This document shows, piece by piece, positions 39,060 to 52,964 of a DNA stretch of 64,000 nt. This stretch comes from Chrysomallon squamiferum. Lineage: Eukaryota > Animalia > Mollusca. Below the pieces are notes generated by a model. That model was given only the letters and a program-made list of their open reading frames with translations, was not told the DNA's origin and ran no database searches. Where the stretch lies: NCBI GenBank assembly GCA_012295275.1, contig CM022665.1, positions 35,650,001 to 35,714,000 of the forward strand, given 5' to 3'. The position numbers and the translations under genes are program-made. Numbering within the stretch: the stretch's first letter is position 1; each line of letters begins with the position of its first letter.

Positions 39060-42000
39060 TGCAAAATAAAGGTACAGATAATATTTGATGTCAAAGAACA
39101 GGCTAAATTATTTTATTTTTACCATGGTGTTATTATCTTAAAAATCACTGCAAGGGTTTAAATACGTGTTACTACATTTGTTTGAAAATCACCAAAATAA
39201 ATACTTATAATTACATTAGATGAAATAACTGGTCTTTGTTAACTAAATTTACTTGTGAACTTGTTTTGTTTCTTGTAGTGAAAAGAATAGTTGATATTTT
39301 CAGTTGACTGTCTTATCATGCTTTGTTAGCAGATCTTTCTACTGAGTGTGCCATGTAGTAAAAGTGATTGTTCAGCTGAAGAAAATTGATTTTTGAGCTT
39401 CACCAGTAGGAGAAAATTATATTTGACTTTTCAGACAAGATGTATCTTTACCAAAATTTATTTTAACATATTACAAATTGCCTGAAACTGTGTCTCATTT
39501 TTTCCATATGAGAAATAGTTTCTTTGATGCAGTGTGTTATTCATTTTATTGGAATATGTCTCTTTAATTCACTGAGAAATCCATGCTAGCTATGGTGTGT
39601 AGACAATTTAGTGTCCAATCGATACCATTATTACCTCCATAGCACACACCAGAGTGCCTCCCACAAAACAGACTAGGATCAGTTGAGAATAGTAAGATTT
39701 GGAATACTGAATTATAATGATGCCTCTTAAACTGAATTTTAAAAAGTAAAAAATTTATCTAAGAATATGGGAACATGTTCTTCGAAACGTTCTATGCAGG
39801 CAGCCAAACAGGCATCAAGGTGAGTGTATTATTTTATCTTCACAGTTGAGTTGAGATTATTAAAATGTTTCTATCATCTCTGTGTGTTGCACTACAATTC
39901 ATAGGTCACCAAATGAAAAAGAAAACCAGCTCTACGTTTAGTCACAAGTTGTTTTACTTCTTTCTTTTTTATATTCTAAGTAGTATTTTTGCAGTATCTT
40001 GATCAAAAAATTTATTTTTGTTTGAATTTATCAGTTTAAGTTTTAAGCAAATTTTCAGCAGAGATCTAATTGCTTCTTCTGTTAGTACATTCTTCTTTCC
40101 AAGCAGCCATGAATGTAAAGTTTATTAGGATCCAGACATTATTTGCAAGGTAGCACAAAATATATTGATAAACATATTGACCTAGTCTAGGGGATTGTAG
40201 GTTGTAGATGATGCACTACTGAATTCACTTCATCAAGAAACCTTTGGATTTTTTGTTTGTTCAAATGACATTCAACAAGATCACAACAGCAAAATAACAT
40301 CATTTACTTAGAGCCATCCTGCATTATTCATTTGCTAGCAGGTGCCTTTGACCCTTGGACTTCAAAACCAATGATTTTCAGTGAGTGCTTAGTTTCTTTA
40401 CATCTGAGAGAAGTATAGAGCCTGAAATGCAGTAAGGTATTTAGCAAACATCTGATAGTAATTAGCTGAGAAAACATTGGTTTGGTTGTTAAGAATGGAG
40501 AGATAGATCTTTAGATTTCTCACATGTTAGCATCTAAACAGACAGCACTTGATGTATTGCATGATTTCACAGAAGAGTTAGAAAACCTTGCTATATAGAT
40601 GGTTTTTTTCTATTTTAATTTTATAGACAATTGTTATGTATGTATAATAAACAGTGAATATAATTTATGCTTTAAAAACAGCAGTTTAATGTTTTGTATT
40701 TTGCTCAAATAATATATACATTATGTATATACTGTTTTGTGATCTTATGGAATCCTAATTATACCCTTGGTTTTATCTGGTTTTATTGTAACTGCAGATA
40801 ATACATTTCATGTATATTAATGTACCCTGCTTTATGAAATGTTCTGGAAATACATTAAATATTTATATGTAAACAGTATGAGTCAGATTAATAATGTCTA
40901 ATTGCTTTATGAGCATTATGAATATATCGACCTCCATATTTGTTCTCAGCATAACATTTCATAAAATAATAACTGATTTTTTTTTTAATTGTGAAATCAT
41001 TTCATTTTATTTTTTATTTTTCTTGTAATATATTTTACTGGAACTTAATTTTGGCCTGAAATAAAAATTCATTCAGTATTATTTCATATTGTTCTCTCCT
41101 ATATTTATGGCATTACTTCTTATCATCTGATAATTTCCTCATTAATAAGGTATTTCAGAGTAGATTATGTTTCTTAATGGTTTATTTTGTAAATGTATTG
41201 AGCTTGGTTTTATTTCAATATTAATGAAATTGATTTTGCTTATTTCAACATTTAAAATAATTAAAATCTTTGTGTCTCCACTGGTTGTCTTATTCCTAGA
41301 TTAAAGCCATAAAATTGGCTAAAAACCTCAGGGTGAATTTGGTTTCACTTTCATTGATTAACTTGGTCATCAGAAAAGACTGACATTTTAATGTCTGAGA
41401 GTGAGAAAGCAGACTTCTCAGTTAGCTTCAAAATATTTATCTAATAGTTACTGACCTTAACTTTGTTATAAATTATTTTAATTTAAATTTAAGATGATGT
41501 CATTTCCATTTCATGTTTCATATTTTAAGTAAAACATGCAGAAATAGCTTAATTGAATATACTGGTTAGAACACTGATTTTAAACTTTTTTTTAATCATA
41601 AAATATTCAGTATATTCTGACTTTTTATTGTTTGCTTTGGTTTAACTAACATGCTACTTGGATAATAAATAAATAAATAAATAAATAAAATAACAATAAT
41701 AACTTTAATAAAATATATCAAATCATTAGTTAAAAATAAGAAATTAATTTATGATTTCCAAAAATAAAATCTTTTATATTCCTTAAGTTCAGATGTAAAT
41801 TTTCGACATGCATATTTTAAAATATTCTATTATTGCTTAATAAATATATTTTTTATATGAAATCATAAGTTAAAAATAATAGATGTTTTGTTTCATTGTT
41901 GTTGTTTTGGTTTTTTTTTTTAAAGATAGATTATTTATTTCTCCAGTTTAGTTGTCAAATTATTACATTTGTGTAAGACAGTTAATCTTTTTTTCTTCTT

Positions 42001-45000
42001 TCATTTCATGTTATTTTTAAAAGCCTTAATAGTGTTGTATGAAAGGCATGGCCAGTTTCAGTTTTCTCTCTGAGAATAGTGTTTTTAACTTGTTATTTTG
42101 CTGAAAAAATGTCTGAACAGCTCTTCATTTTGCTCTTTCATTTTTTTTGCATACCATGTTACCAGAGGGCTTTACTTGTTAGTCTTCATACTCTGAGTTT
42201 TGAAGGTTCAAACACAACTTAATTTTCAGCTCTTTTTTCAGTTACTTCATGAAGTTCCTTATTGATTTTTTTGTCAACAACACTGATGGCTTTGCTGGTG
42301 CATGACATACTCTGTTTCTTTGAATGTGACATGGGAATCTCGATCACCATGCTGAAATAAATGATCTAAGATTATATTTATAATAATTTAATATAATATA
42401 CATGTAATTAAATAATTTTAGAAACTAAATTGCAATTATATTTTTATTTCTTATACCATTATTTGTATTAAAATATGTACATTTGGTTGCATATTCTTAT
42501 AAAGCATTACTCAGATGACAATGATCTGTTATTTGAAATTAAGTGAAATTTTTAGACTGAATGGATATATGTTTAATGATGCATCAATATATTTTTTAAT
42601 ATTAATATTTAATAGTTGTCACTTGTTTGACAATTACTTTTTTTCTTTATAAAAATATTATTATTATTTTCTATCAATATTTAAAAGAGTAAATATGCTA
42701 CAGTCACACCATCGGTTAACATAAAGGGAATTTTATATAATTTTTCTTATAAACAGGAAATAACATACTTGATATTTGATATTTGGGGCATTGGCTGGTA
42801 TGGGGAAAATCTTGCTGGACAAATTACAGTATTGATAATCAGCTGATATCACCAGAACACAGTTAAATATGAAGTGCTGCTGTCACTTTTATTATTAATA
42901 ACTTTATTTGATCATTACTGCAATTTGTTATGCTCACTCAGTTGTTTAAGTGACACATAAACAGACTTAGTGATATTCTGGCTACTCTGTTATTGATTTC
43001 TGTAGTTTCCTTTGAAGAGTTTTAAGTCTACTGAAAGGAAAGGATTTATGGCACACAGACTTCACTTGTGTCTGGGGATGTTTGACTGTAGTTAAGAAGG
43101 TGTGAACTGATGAGAGTTTCATATTAGGTCATATAGCTCATAGTGGTTGAAGTAGTTTTCATGAAAAATAGTTAACTGATTTAGAATGTGATATATGCAA
43201 TGGAAATCTTAATACAGAAGTTCTCAGTTGCAGCTTGAAATGTAGTTTGAATAAATAAACAATTTCTGTGTTATAGAAGTTATAGAGTATTTAATTTTAC
43301 AGGCATTTTAGGCATAAAAAATAAAAGTCCAAACAAATGAGTTCATTTTTTATTTTTCACTTTTTCAGCAGTAAGCCTCACAAATAAAAACTTGCTTTGG
43401 TAAAACATTTTTTTGAAAAAAGATACGATTATAGAAAAAAAAATCTTTGAATATGCTCTGTTTTTGAAGTGTCAGGTTTTGTTCTCTCTGCCACCAGGAG
43501 ATACACTGATTCAATTATCTAAAGTATTTTCACGGTTAATTTTCTGTGCATGCCAAAGTTATTTTGGCATTTCCACAACTTAGCTTGAGATAAGTTGTGA
43601 ATTTTCTTTTCTTTAATAAAATATTTAATAGAATCCTTTTTCCTTGCAACCATTTTATTTTTTATTTTCTATACTCTTTTATTAGCATAATGCATAATTT
43701 CTATAATTTAATTATGCAGTTATTGTTGTTACATCATATCAACAACACATATATTTATAAATACAAGATTAGTGGTTTGTTATGCAGTCTTTATAAAAAA
43801 TAGTTTTCTGAACTGTGTTTTTCAGAGCCAATGATGAACTTGGCGAAAAATACCATAATGCTCAATGTAAGAACATTTATTTTATTTTATTTTATTTTAT
43901 TTTATTTTATTTTATTTTATTATTTAAGTAGTTCAGTGGCTAAGCTAAATTACTTTACTTTTTTTATGGTATTTACAGTTGGTTAAACTAACAAATCCTT
44001 AGAAATATTTTTATAAAATACTTTTCCTAGCTTTTTCATTAGATTAATATATATTAGAAAGAGAATATAAGTAATTTGTTTAGATTTTGTTTATGAAATT
44101 ATATTATTATTGTTTTTATTACAACTCGTCTTTTTCTAAATATGGTAATCTTTTAAAAAATTAGTGACATCTGCCAGATTGCAAGAAACGCTGGAGAGGG
44201 AAAAGCAAATATGTACTGAATTAGAGGTTAGTTCAATTCTAGAATTTTTTTTTTCTAAAACTTAATGGTATCGATACATTCCATCTTTCCATTAAATATC
44301 ACTATCTTAAAAACTAAAACACTAAAATTTTGGCTTCATAATTTTTCTGCCATATTTCAGTCTAATTAGAAACAATATAAATAGTTTAGATTAACCAAAA
44401 TTCCTAAATAACTGGAAACCTGTTGAATACCTTACATTTATACCTTTGTCAATGATACCATTATAGGCAGGTCACTTTTTTTTTTCCTTTGCATCTTGTA
44501 CTTCATTAAACACTTCATCATATATTGGCCAATTGCAAGTTTACTGTGTAGGAGGTGATCAATATTGTAGAAGCTGTAATTTTTTCAGGGAAATTTACTA
44601 AAAGAGAAACAAAAACGACAGCATGATTTGCAGGACATTTGGAAACTGGTCCACCAAGATATTGAATGCATGGATGATCAGGTTGGTTAGCTAGCTGATA
44701 TCTAATATTATCTTTTAGAAGTGAAAACTGTTAAATGTACAATAAGTAAAACTGCAGCCAGTCCTGAAACATAGGTCTTATTCTTTGATTATTTTTTTAC
44801 TGCGTTAATTTGTGACTTGATTATTTTAACCTCTGTTTAAGGAACAAAATTAAATATGATTAGAATTTGACAGGCTTTTCATAAAACTGATAGTTATTTC
44901 CAGGAGAATAATAATGAAAAAAAACCCACCATAGCAGTAAAAATTAAAAACAGGAAGTAAACAAAAAAATATGTTTCTCTTAATTGTTTTGTTCATTGAT

Positions 45001-48000
45001 AACAAAACAAAAACATTTTCTTTTTCATGACAGTTCAGGAAAAAGGTGAACATGTCAGTAATTAGTAAGACACATTTAGAATTTATATATATTTTTTGGT
45101 TCAGGTATTTGTTAGTCATTTATTTCAGCCAGTAAGCAAGTAATCAAATATAATACTTGCACATGTTTGCGTATTTTTGTAATATATCTTGCAGATTAAA
45201 TCTAGTACTTTTCCTAAAAAAAACATTTTGCTGGTGAACAAATTGTAATAACATAAGATTTGATCTAGATCTATAAAGATCACAGATGATAAGTGCTCTT
45301 TTTCTGAAAGTCTCATCATTGTAACTAGCTTTTTGTATCAAATAATATTTTGGCTAAAGAATTAATAATAAAATTAAAATGAAAAAAAAATGCAGATATT
45401 ATTACAGTTTATTTGCAGTTCAGTGGATTAATTAACTACTCTAAATTAATATCTTTTAAAATAGAAGAAGAGAAGAGAAAAGCTGAACCTGAAAAGAAAA
45501 TCTAAAAATATATATGAAATATTAATAACAAGAATAAAAATAAAGTAATAATAAATTATTTTGAATAGATTTGTCTAATCTATGTATTTTTCTAGAACAA
45601 TATCCAAACCTGTGGTTCATCTGATGCACTGAAGAATAAAATTGCTAAAGAGATAGATTCACTTAAAAGCAGACTAACAAAACATCAGACAGCTCTGGTT
45701 TGTATTAATTTACATTAGTTATACCACTAATTTCTGAAAAGTATGAAATAAAGCTATTTTTTGTTAATGTAACAAAGCTGTCTGATGAGTGTTTGCTTGG
45801 AAATGTTACCTTTGTAATTAAGTTACTGAACACATGTAATTAAATTTGAGTTTTAAAAAGTGTATAATGTTTGTTTTTCATTCTGTTTAAATTAGATTTA
45901 TGTTAGATTATTTTTCTGTAGGTGTCTAATGATTGTTAGCACTTTAGAAGAAGGGCATAATTATAATTATATGTTATGGCATTATTTATATGATTTTGAA
46001 CTGAAGAGTTTAATAACACATATATTCATAAATAATGTTTTTAAGTAGCTGTTTTATATTGTTTCCTTTTTGATTTATCTATGTAACAAATCTTTATTAT
46101 TAATTTTTATATGATATGTTCATTTTATTATATTTAAACATTTTATTTATACAGAAGGGAAAGCAGATGTCTCTGGAGTTAGGAGGGATGTGCAGGCAAC
46201 ACCACCCATCAACACATGCCCCCAGTTCACCACTTGTTGGTAATTAAAATTGTTATATACTTAGAGAAAGGGAAAATCAAAAAGAAAGTTAATAAGAGTA
46301 ATAATCACATTGTTTCAGACAAAAGAATAACTAAATATAAATTTATTTCAGCAGAAATTATCATTTTGTTCTCAAATTTAATTACAAAATTATCTGCACC
46401 ACACAATAAAATTATGCTTTGATTCACACAAATGAACATTAAACTGGTATACCTATTGTAACAAGTAAATGATAAGCTTCCAAATATATCCGTCAAAGGA
46501 AGTAATTAATTTGTTATTTTACTTATTGCATTATTATTTTTTTTTTTTTTACTGAATCATATTAACAAATATTTTCCCCAGTCATATAAAAAGCAAATGG
46601 GTGAAAACTCAGTTCAAACTAGTTCTTAAATCCTTACACCCATTCATATATACTTTGGTAAAAAAAAAATTAAAGTTGAATTCTTTGTGTATTATCTTAA
46701 TATACATATATAAAGTGGATTTTAACCCACCATTTTTTTTTTCGTTGTGGCCATTATCTCTATTGATAGGTTTGTCGATAAATAGAGGAAAATTAATAAT
46801 AAAAAAATATCTTGAATTAATGAATATCGTTAGCATATTTTAACACCAGAAACCAGTGGCTAATAAAAATTAACTTTTTAATGTTAATTTCAGATGCTTT
46901 GACCATAGATTTCTTTGATGGAAAATATCCAAGGTCAAGACAAAGCAAAAAAGCTTGTAATTTCACTGGATTAAACCATCATTCATTTGACTTCGATAAG
47001 TCAGTATATGATGACAGTAAGCTTCCACCATACTGTACACTGTCCTGCCCATCTCTAAGTCATCAGAGGCGTCAATCTGGATTGGATCATAATCAGAGTA
47101 ATACAGTAAATGCAAACCTTACTACCTCCAGCAGTTCCAGCACAAGTGGAATAGATATAAGTTCAAGCTATCATCAAAGCACTGATGCTCAGGATAAAAG
47201 AAGGGATTTTATTCGCACTTCTATGAGACAAGGCAGCAGCACTACAACCTCAAACAGTGGTGACAGCAATGAAAATGAAGAAGAAACAGATTCATCTTCT
47301 GGGATAAGACGCTACAGTTTTAAAGCAGCGATAGAAAATAGAAAAACTTTTCATGTTGAGATACAGAATTTGACTCGAAATCGTAGTCCAAGTTACCATG
47401 CTGCCATAGAACATGGACATAAGGATTGCACTGAAGATACTGGTTATGTTTCATCAACAACTGACACAACACCAGATGGCGATGACAGTCACCAGCCTAG
47501 CACTGAACATGCAGGCACAGTTAAAAATGATGCAAAGTGTGTTAGTTTTCATCTTCAAGACCAGAATGTGTATGAATATTATGGTGATGAATCTTCTGAA
47601 AATGATGGATCATTTATCCCTGCAAATGATGCCTACCAGTGTTTTGATATTTATCAAAACAGCAGGTAAGACTTTCAGCCTTTAAATTTAGATACGTTAA
47701 TTTGAACATATTATTTAGTTTCAGGTGCAAAGTTGACATGTACATTTGCAGACTTTTATTGGTATTTGATCACTAAGTATGTTTTTCCTTGGAATAATCT
47801 AGTCTTTAAAATTCCTCTTTTGGTATTAATAGGAAAATATTTTTTTAATTTTATTTAATAGAAAAAAAAATATATTTTTCAAAAATTAACTAATTGATAT
47901 AGAGCTGTTAATACCTGATAATAATAGTTATTATTTTTATAAATGTTGTTTAAGAATGAAAAACCTGCTTAGGTTCAGTACTTGTGTGTATGTGTACGTG

Positions 48001-48664
48001 TATGTCAGTAATTATTAGAAAGTATTATCAAATAATTTATCAGAAATTATCACTAAAAATATTTGAACAAGAAGAAGAAAATTTAATTTTTGTATTGAAT
48101 GGACAGTATTTAACAATATTGTAACAGTAACAACATATGCTGTTTGATGAAATAATGAAAACAAAAATATTAATATATTTTCTATATTAACTAAAAGTTT
48201 TGTTATTTATGAAAAGAAATATAAAGAAATAGTTATTAACTTTTTTATTATTTATTTTTTTATTTATAGAGTTTTAAGTAGTTTTGCACTAAATGTTGTG
48301 GTCTTTTTTTATTTCACAGTTCTAACAGAATGTAATCCTTAAAATTGATATTCTTTTTCTTTCTCTTTCCCTTTTTTGTTTTCCTAAATAATTTAATTTT
48401 CTGGGCACACTCTCAAATAACACAAAGCTTACACTTTCAGACAATCAATAAATACGGCAAGAAAATTATCGACCTTGATCGAGGAGGACATTGATCACTG
48501 TGATGGTCAAGGCGATAATAGCAGTGTTTCACCATTAATAAACGTTACAATGCCAAATATGTTGACAAGGTAGCTAAGTGTTATTTCTATTTCTGTCTTT
48601 GTTTTGTTTTCTTTTATTTTTTGTTCTCATTTTTTCTTTTACTTTTTTCTTCTTTCTTTCTTTT

Positions 48665-48697
<33 letters not shown>

Positions 48698-51600
48698 GTT
48701 ATTGCTAATTTCTTTTTTAATCATAATTTCAGCAGGATTTAAAAAAAAAAATGTTCATAAAATATCCTGAAAGAATGTAAAAGAAGCCATTGTCTATGAG
48801 CACTGCATGATATTTTGATTAGTTTTGTATGTTTGTTGTTCATTTTTATATATTTTTTTGTTTTTGCTATCATCATATTTATCATGTGCAACTATTTTGG
48901 TTTGATTTTTCTTCTTCATCATCTTCTATTTTTATTTTATTTTTGTCACTAATTTTTATTTTAATTTCCTGATTTATTTACCACTGTATAATGCCAGTTT
49001 TGGAATAAGATAACTTTTCCAGATAATAAAGATTTTACATGATTTTCTTCAACTGATATCTTAACATTATTCTGGTAAATCAACATGTATTATCATTGCT
49101 AATTACTACCTATACCTTATACTTCAGCTTTCTTCCATTTCTTTGGGGATTTTTTGTTTTCCTTTTTTCTTTCTTTATCTTCTTCTTTCTTTTTATTAAC
49201 ATGATCAGTAAATCTTTCTATAGTTACAGTAATCTTTGTTTTAGTCCTTATGATTCAGATTTTCTTGTTTCATACATTAAAAATTAAAAAATTAAATTAA
49301 GAAGATTTTGCCAACACGCAACATAAAGCTTTTTTCACCATGACTTCAAACATATTCTAAAAATACTTTTTCTTCTCCCTTCTTTCTTTTCTTTCTTTCA
49401 TTCTTTAATGTTTCTCTTCATTTTAAAATATATTGGTCTTTGTAACGTTTTTAGAGATAATTATTTATTTATCTTTTTAATTATTTAATGGTTATTCGAG
49501 AAGTAGCAATAACCTGAATTACATAATGTTTATTTTAGTTAATTTAATGATTTATGAAATAGTTTTAAAATGTTTGTAAAATAAGTAAACAGTATTTAAA
49601 ATTACTTAACAGATTGGATTGTAAAATAACTGCATCTATAAAAGTCTTAAGTAATTATATTTATTTGTCTTAGTTAAAATGTTTAGATAGATAATGAAGT
49701 TAAACTTTAAGCATACATGTTTACTGTTTTCTACAATAACACATTTTGTTATTGGCGTAGATACTTTTTGTAGTATTTTAACTGATGGGATTGATTGTTG
49801 TGAATCTACAGGATTACGGTTTGTTCCACTGCCGTGATATGATAATTGTTGCATTGATGGTAAACATTGTGATTGCTATGAGCTTTTAGGAAACAGGGCT
49901 TGAAAATGTTTTTATTGTCACTCATTGGAGCAAAAAAAAAAAAAATATATATATATATAATGTTATCAACCTTTTTTTAAACTGAATTTTGTTTACCATT
50001 TTTGTTTATAAATTCCAGATTATACACAAATAATATGTACAGCAATAATTTTTTATCCTAATTATTACTATTATTTGTTTTTAGACCATCAAAAGAATAT
50101 GCTGTATTAAAATACCAAATACAGTTTTGTTTCTTATTTTGTTTATATATATATATATATATACATACATATACAGACACACATTTTTTTAATGCTTGAT
50201 AGGGAGAAATTGTTTATTGTAAAAAGCATCAGTTTATTGATTTTTGACAAAGTTCAGCTTGTGTTAATGATTTTTTTTAAATATTATTTTATCAGTTATT
50301 TTAAATATATTTCTTAGTGATTCTTTGTGTTTTTGCAGAATATTTAAATTACCTGCTGACGTGTTGGATTTATTACCCTGTTATTTGTCTTTCAGAATGG
50401 ATGATAAGTCTGCTGAAAATGCAGAAATTGGTAGTGGTGAAAAGGTAAGTCAAGTTTTAATTATGTTTTCCTATCCCATTTTCACACCAAAGATAATCTT
50501 ACTCATTTGATCACAGTAAAATAAAATGTATAGATAAGAATGAAATCAGTGCTTTATGATCATATAATGAAAAAAACATTTTCTTTCTTTTTCTATTTAA
50601 AAAAAAAAAAATTAATGGATTATTTTTATTGGTGAAAAAATAATTTATTTCATTTATTTATTTTTAATACATGATCATGGAATACACTTGTTAAGAAGTA
50701 TGATTTTATAAGTTTAGTTATCAATAGACTTTTTTCCTTCTTTACTTTTATTTCTCTTTTTTTAATTTCTCTTTTTCTTGAAGTAAAAACCTCTTAATTG
50801 TTGTACATTTGTTTATATATTTTTGGTCTTAATCAAAATTAAAATGGGCTTTTTAATCTGTTAAATAATTTTAATTCCTATATTCTGCACATTGTTTGTT
50901 TACTTGTAGTGACTGTTCAGTTAATGGTACCATTATATAGGTAAAAGTAAAAAATATATTTTATTATGTTTTATGATATTTTGTAAACTACATAATCTTT
51001 ATGGCTGTAACTCTTTAACTTCTCACTTTATGATATGCTTGGTAGATATTTAATATGATATGGCAGGCAAGTAAAAGGGAACACTGTGATTGGAGTTCCT
51101 CTTGATGAATGAACCTGCTGAAGTGTTTAGCTATCTATAGTGTGCAGCGATGATCAAGATAACTAACCAGTTTACCCAGAAAAATTGTTCACTATAAGCC
51201 TTCTTTGTACTGCTTACAAAAAGAGGCCCTACAGAGTTCTAACTTGTGGTTCCTTTGTATTGGTGATTTGATACAGATACATGGATTGGTCTTCCGATTA
51301 TGAGAATATCAGTTCTCATTTGTTCTTTTTCATTTCATTATCAAAGACATTTCTGAAATGAACTGATGGATAAAATTTATTTTGAAAACAGTGTGATTTT
51401 CACTGCTTTCTGATTTTGTCTTTGAATACATATATTCTGCAAAGCTTGGATACATTTGAAATGATTTGCTAATTGCAGTTCTGTGTTTTGTATCAGTTTG
51501 GAATTTCCCTCTATGGTACATTCTTGAAGGTGGATGTCCATATGTTTACAGTACCATTATTGGCTAAACTATTTTACCTTGGACTTTTATGACTGCTTTA

Positions 51601-52305
51601 TATTATATTTATGGATGGTACCAGCAACAGTACAGGAGAAAAATTTATTGCTATTCTTTCTTGGATGGATAAAGACAAACAAGAGGTCTGTTTTTGGACT
51701 TAAGTTTTATTTTTATAACAAACTGTAACTGATAATTAGATTCACAATATCATACTGTTAATCAAGAAACAAATATTTCTTTTCTTTTCTTTTTTCTTAA
51801 ATGTTTTCTTAAGGAGCTGGATTGTTTGCTGTTTTTTTTTTTGTTTTTTTTAATAATTCCAGAAGTAACTATGGGTATTTGTTGTTTTTAATTGTTATTT
51901 TTAGTTGTTTGTTTTGGTTATTATTAATATGAATTTCTTTGATATTGAAAACTATATCATTGAGAGCATTCAAAATATTGTTAACTTTTTAGATTTATTG
52001 AGCTACAAACAAATCCTTAGAAACAAACATACCTTTATTTTCTGTGTTGACTTCACTCATTCTAATTAACAAGGGTATTAACTAGGAATCTGGTGGATTA
52101 TGTTATATTTATTTATTTTCACTCTCCTATTTTCTTATCACCAGCACAACAGTTTTGTGATACATTAAAGATGACAAATTGAATGATTAATGGAGAAAAT
52201 GTTTTTTAAAAAAAACAAATATCTTTTCTAATATATAAAGGTTATCTTCTGCTTTTATCTGTGTATAATCATTTTAAATATGTAATGTAGATGCCAACTA
52301 CAGGA

Positions 52306-52360
<55 letters not shown>

Positions 52361-52908
52361 TACATCAGTAAGTAAATTAAAATAATGTTTTAAAAAATGT
52401 TCTCATAAGAATATATATTAAATTTGTTAGCCTGTTATGCATATGGTTAGGGAGTACCACTAAGTAATGAATTGTATAGACATAAAATCCATTTTATGCT
52501 ACAAGTGCAACACCATTAGATGTCAAAAACTTGAATTACTGTGCAACTGAAGAAGAATTTGGAACAAATCTAATTAGATAAGAAACAGTTCAGTGTAAGC
52601 TATTGCAGGCTGGTGCTCTCATATGGGGTAACAGGCAGATGTTTTAAGTTCTTTCTTAGTACTTATCATGGTGGGGGTCTTGGTTGATCATATCATTTTA
52701 TATAGGAATGCTATTCCTTATTTTATTTTATTTTATTTTATTTTCTTTCTTTCCTACAGGGTTATGCAACAACTGCACCATTTGGAAAAGCTCTGGAGAT
52801 GTCAAGGAGATACACAAAAGGTGAACTATCTTTACATATTATTATCTGTCAGTTAGTAATGTGCATATTAAGTAGAAATTAATATGATAATAATGGTGGT
52901 GATTAAGC

Positions 52909-52964
<56 letters not shown>

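Noticed and set aside
43048-43100. ATG followed by AAG|GTGTGA as another internal first exon
   Set aside because: In-frame TAA precedes the donor
47413-47685. Overlapping 90-aa alternative-frame ORF
   Set aside because: Shadow frame of the real exon 46894-47665
49812-49859. 48-nt exon-like segment
   Set aside because: Poor pyrimidine tract and a stop in the required phase-2 frame
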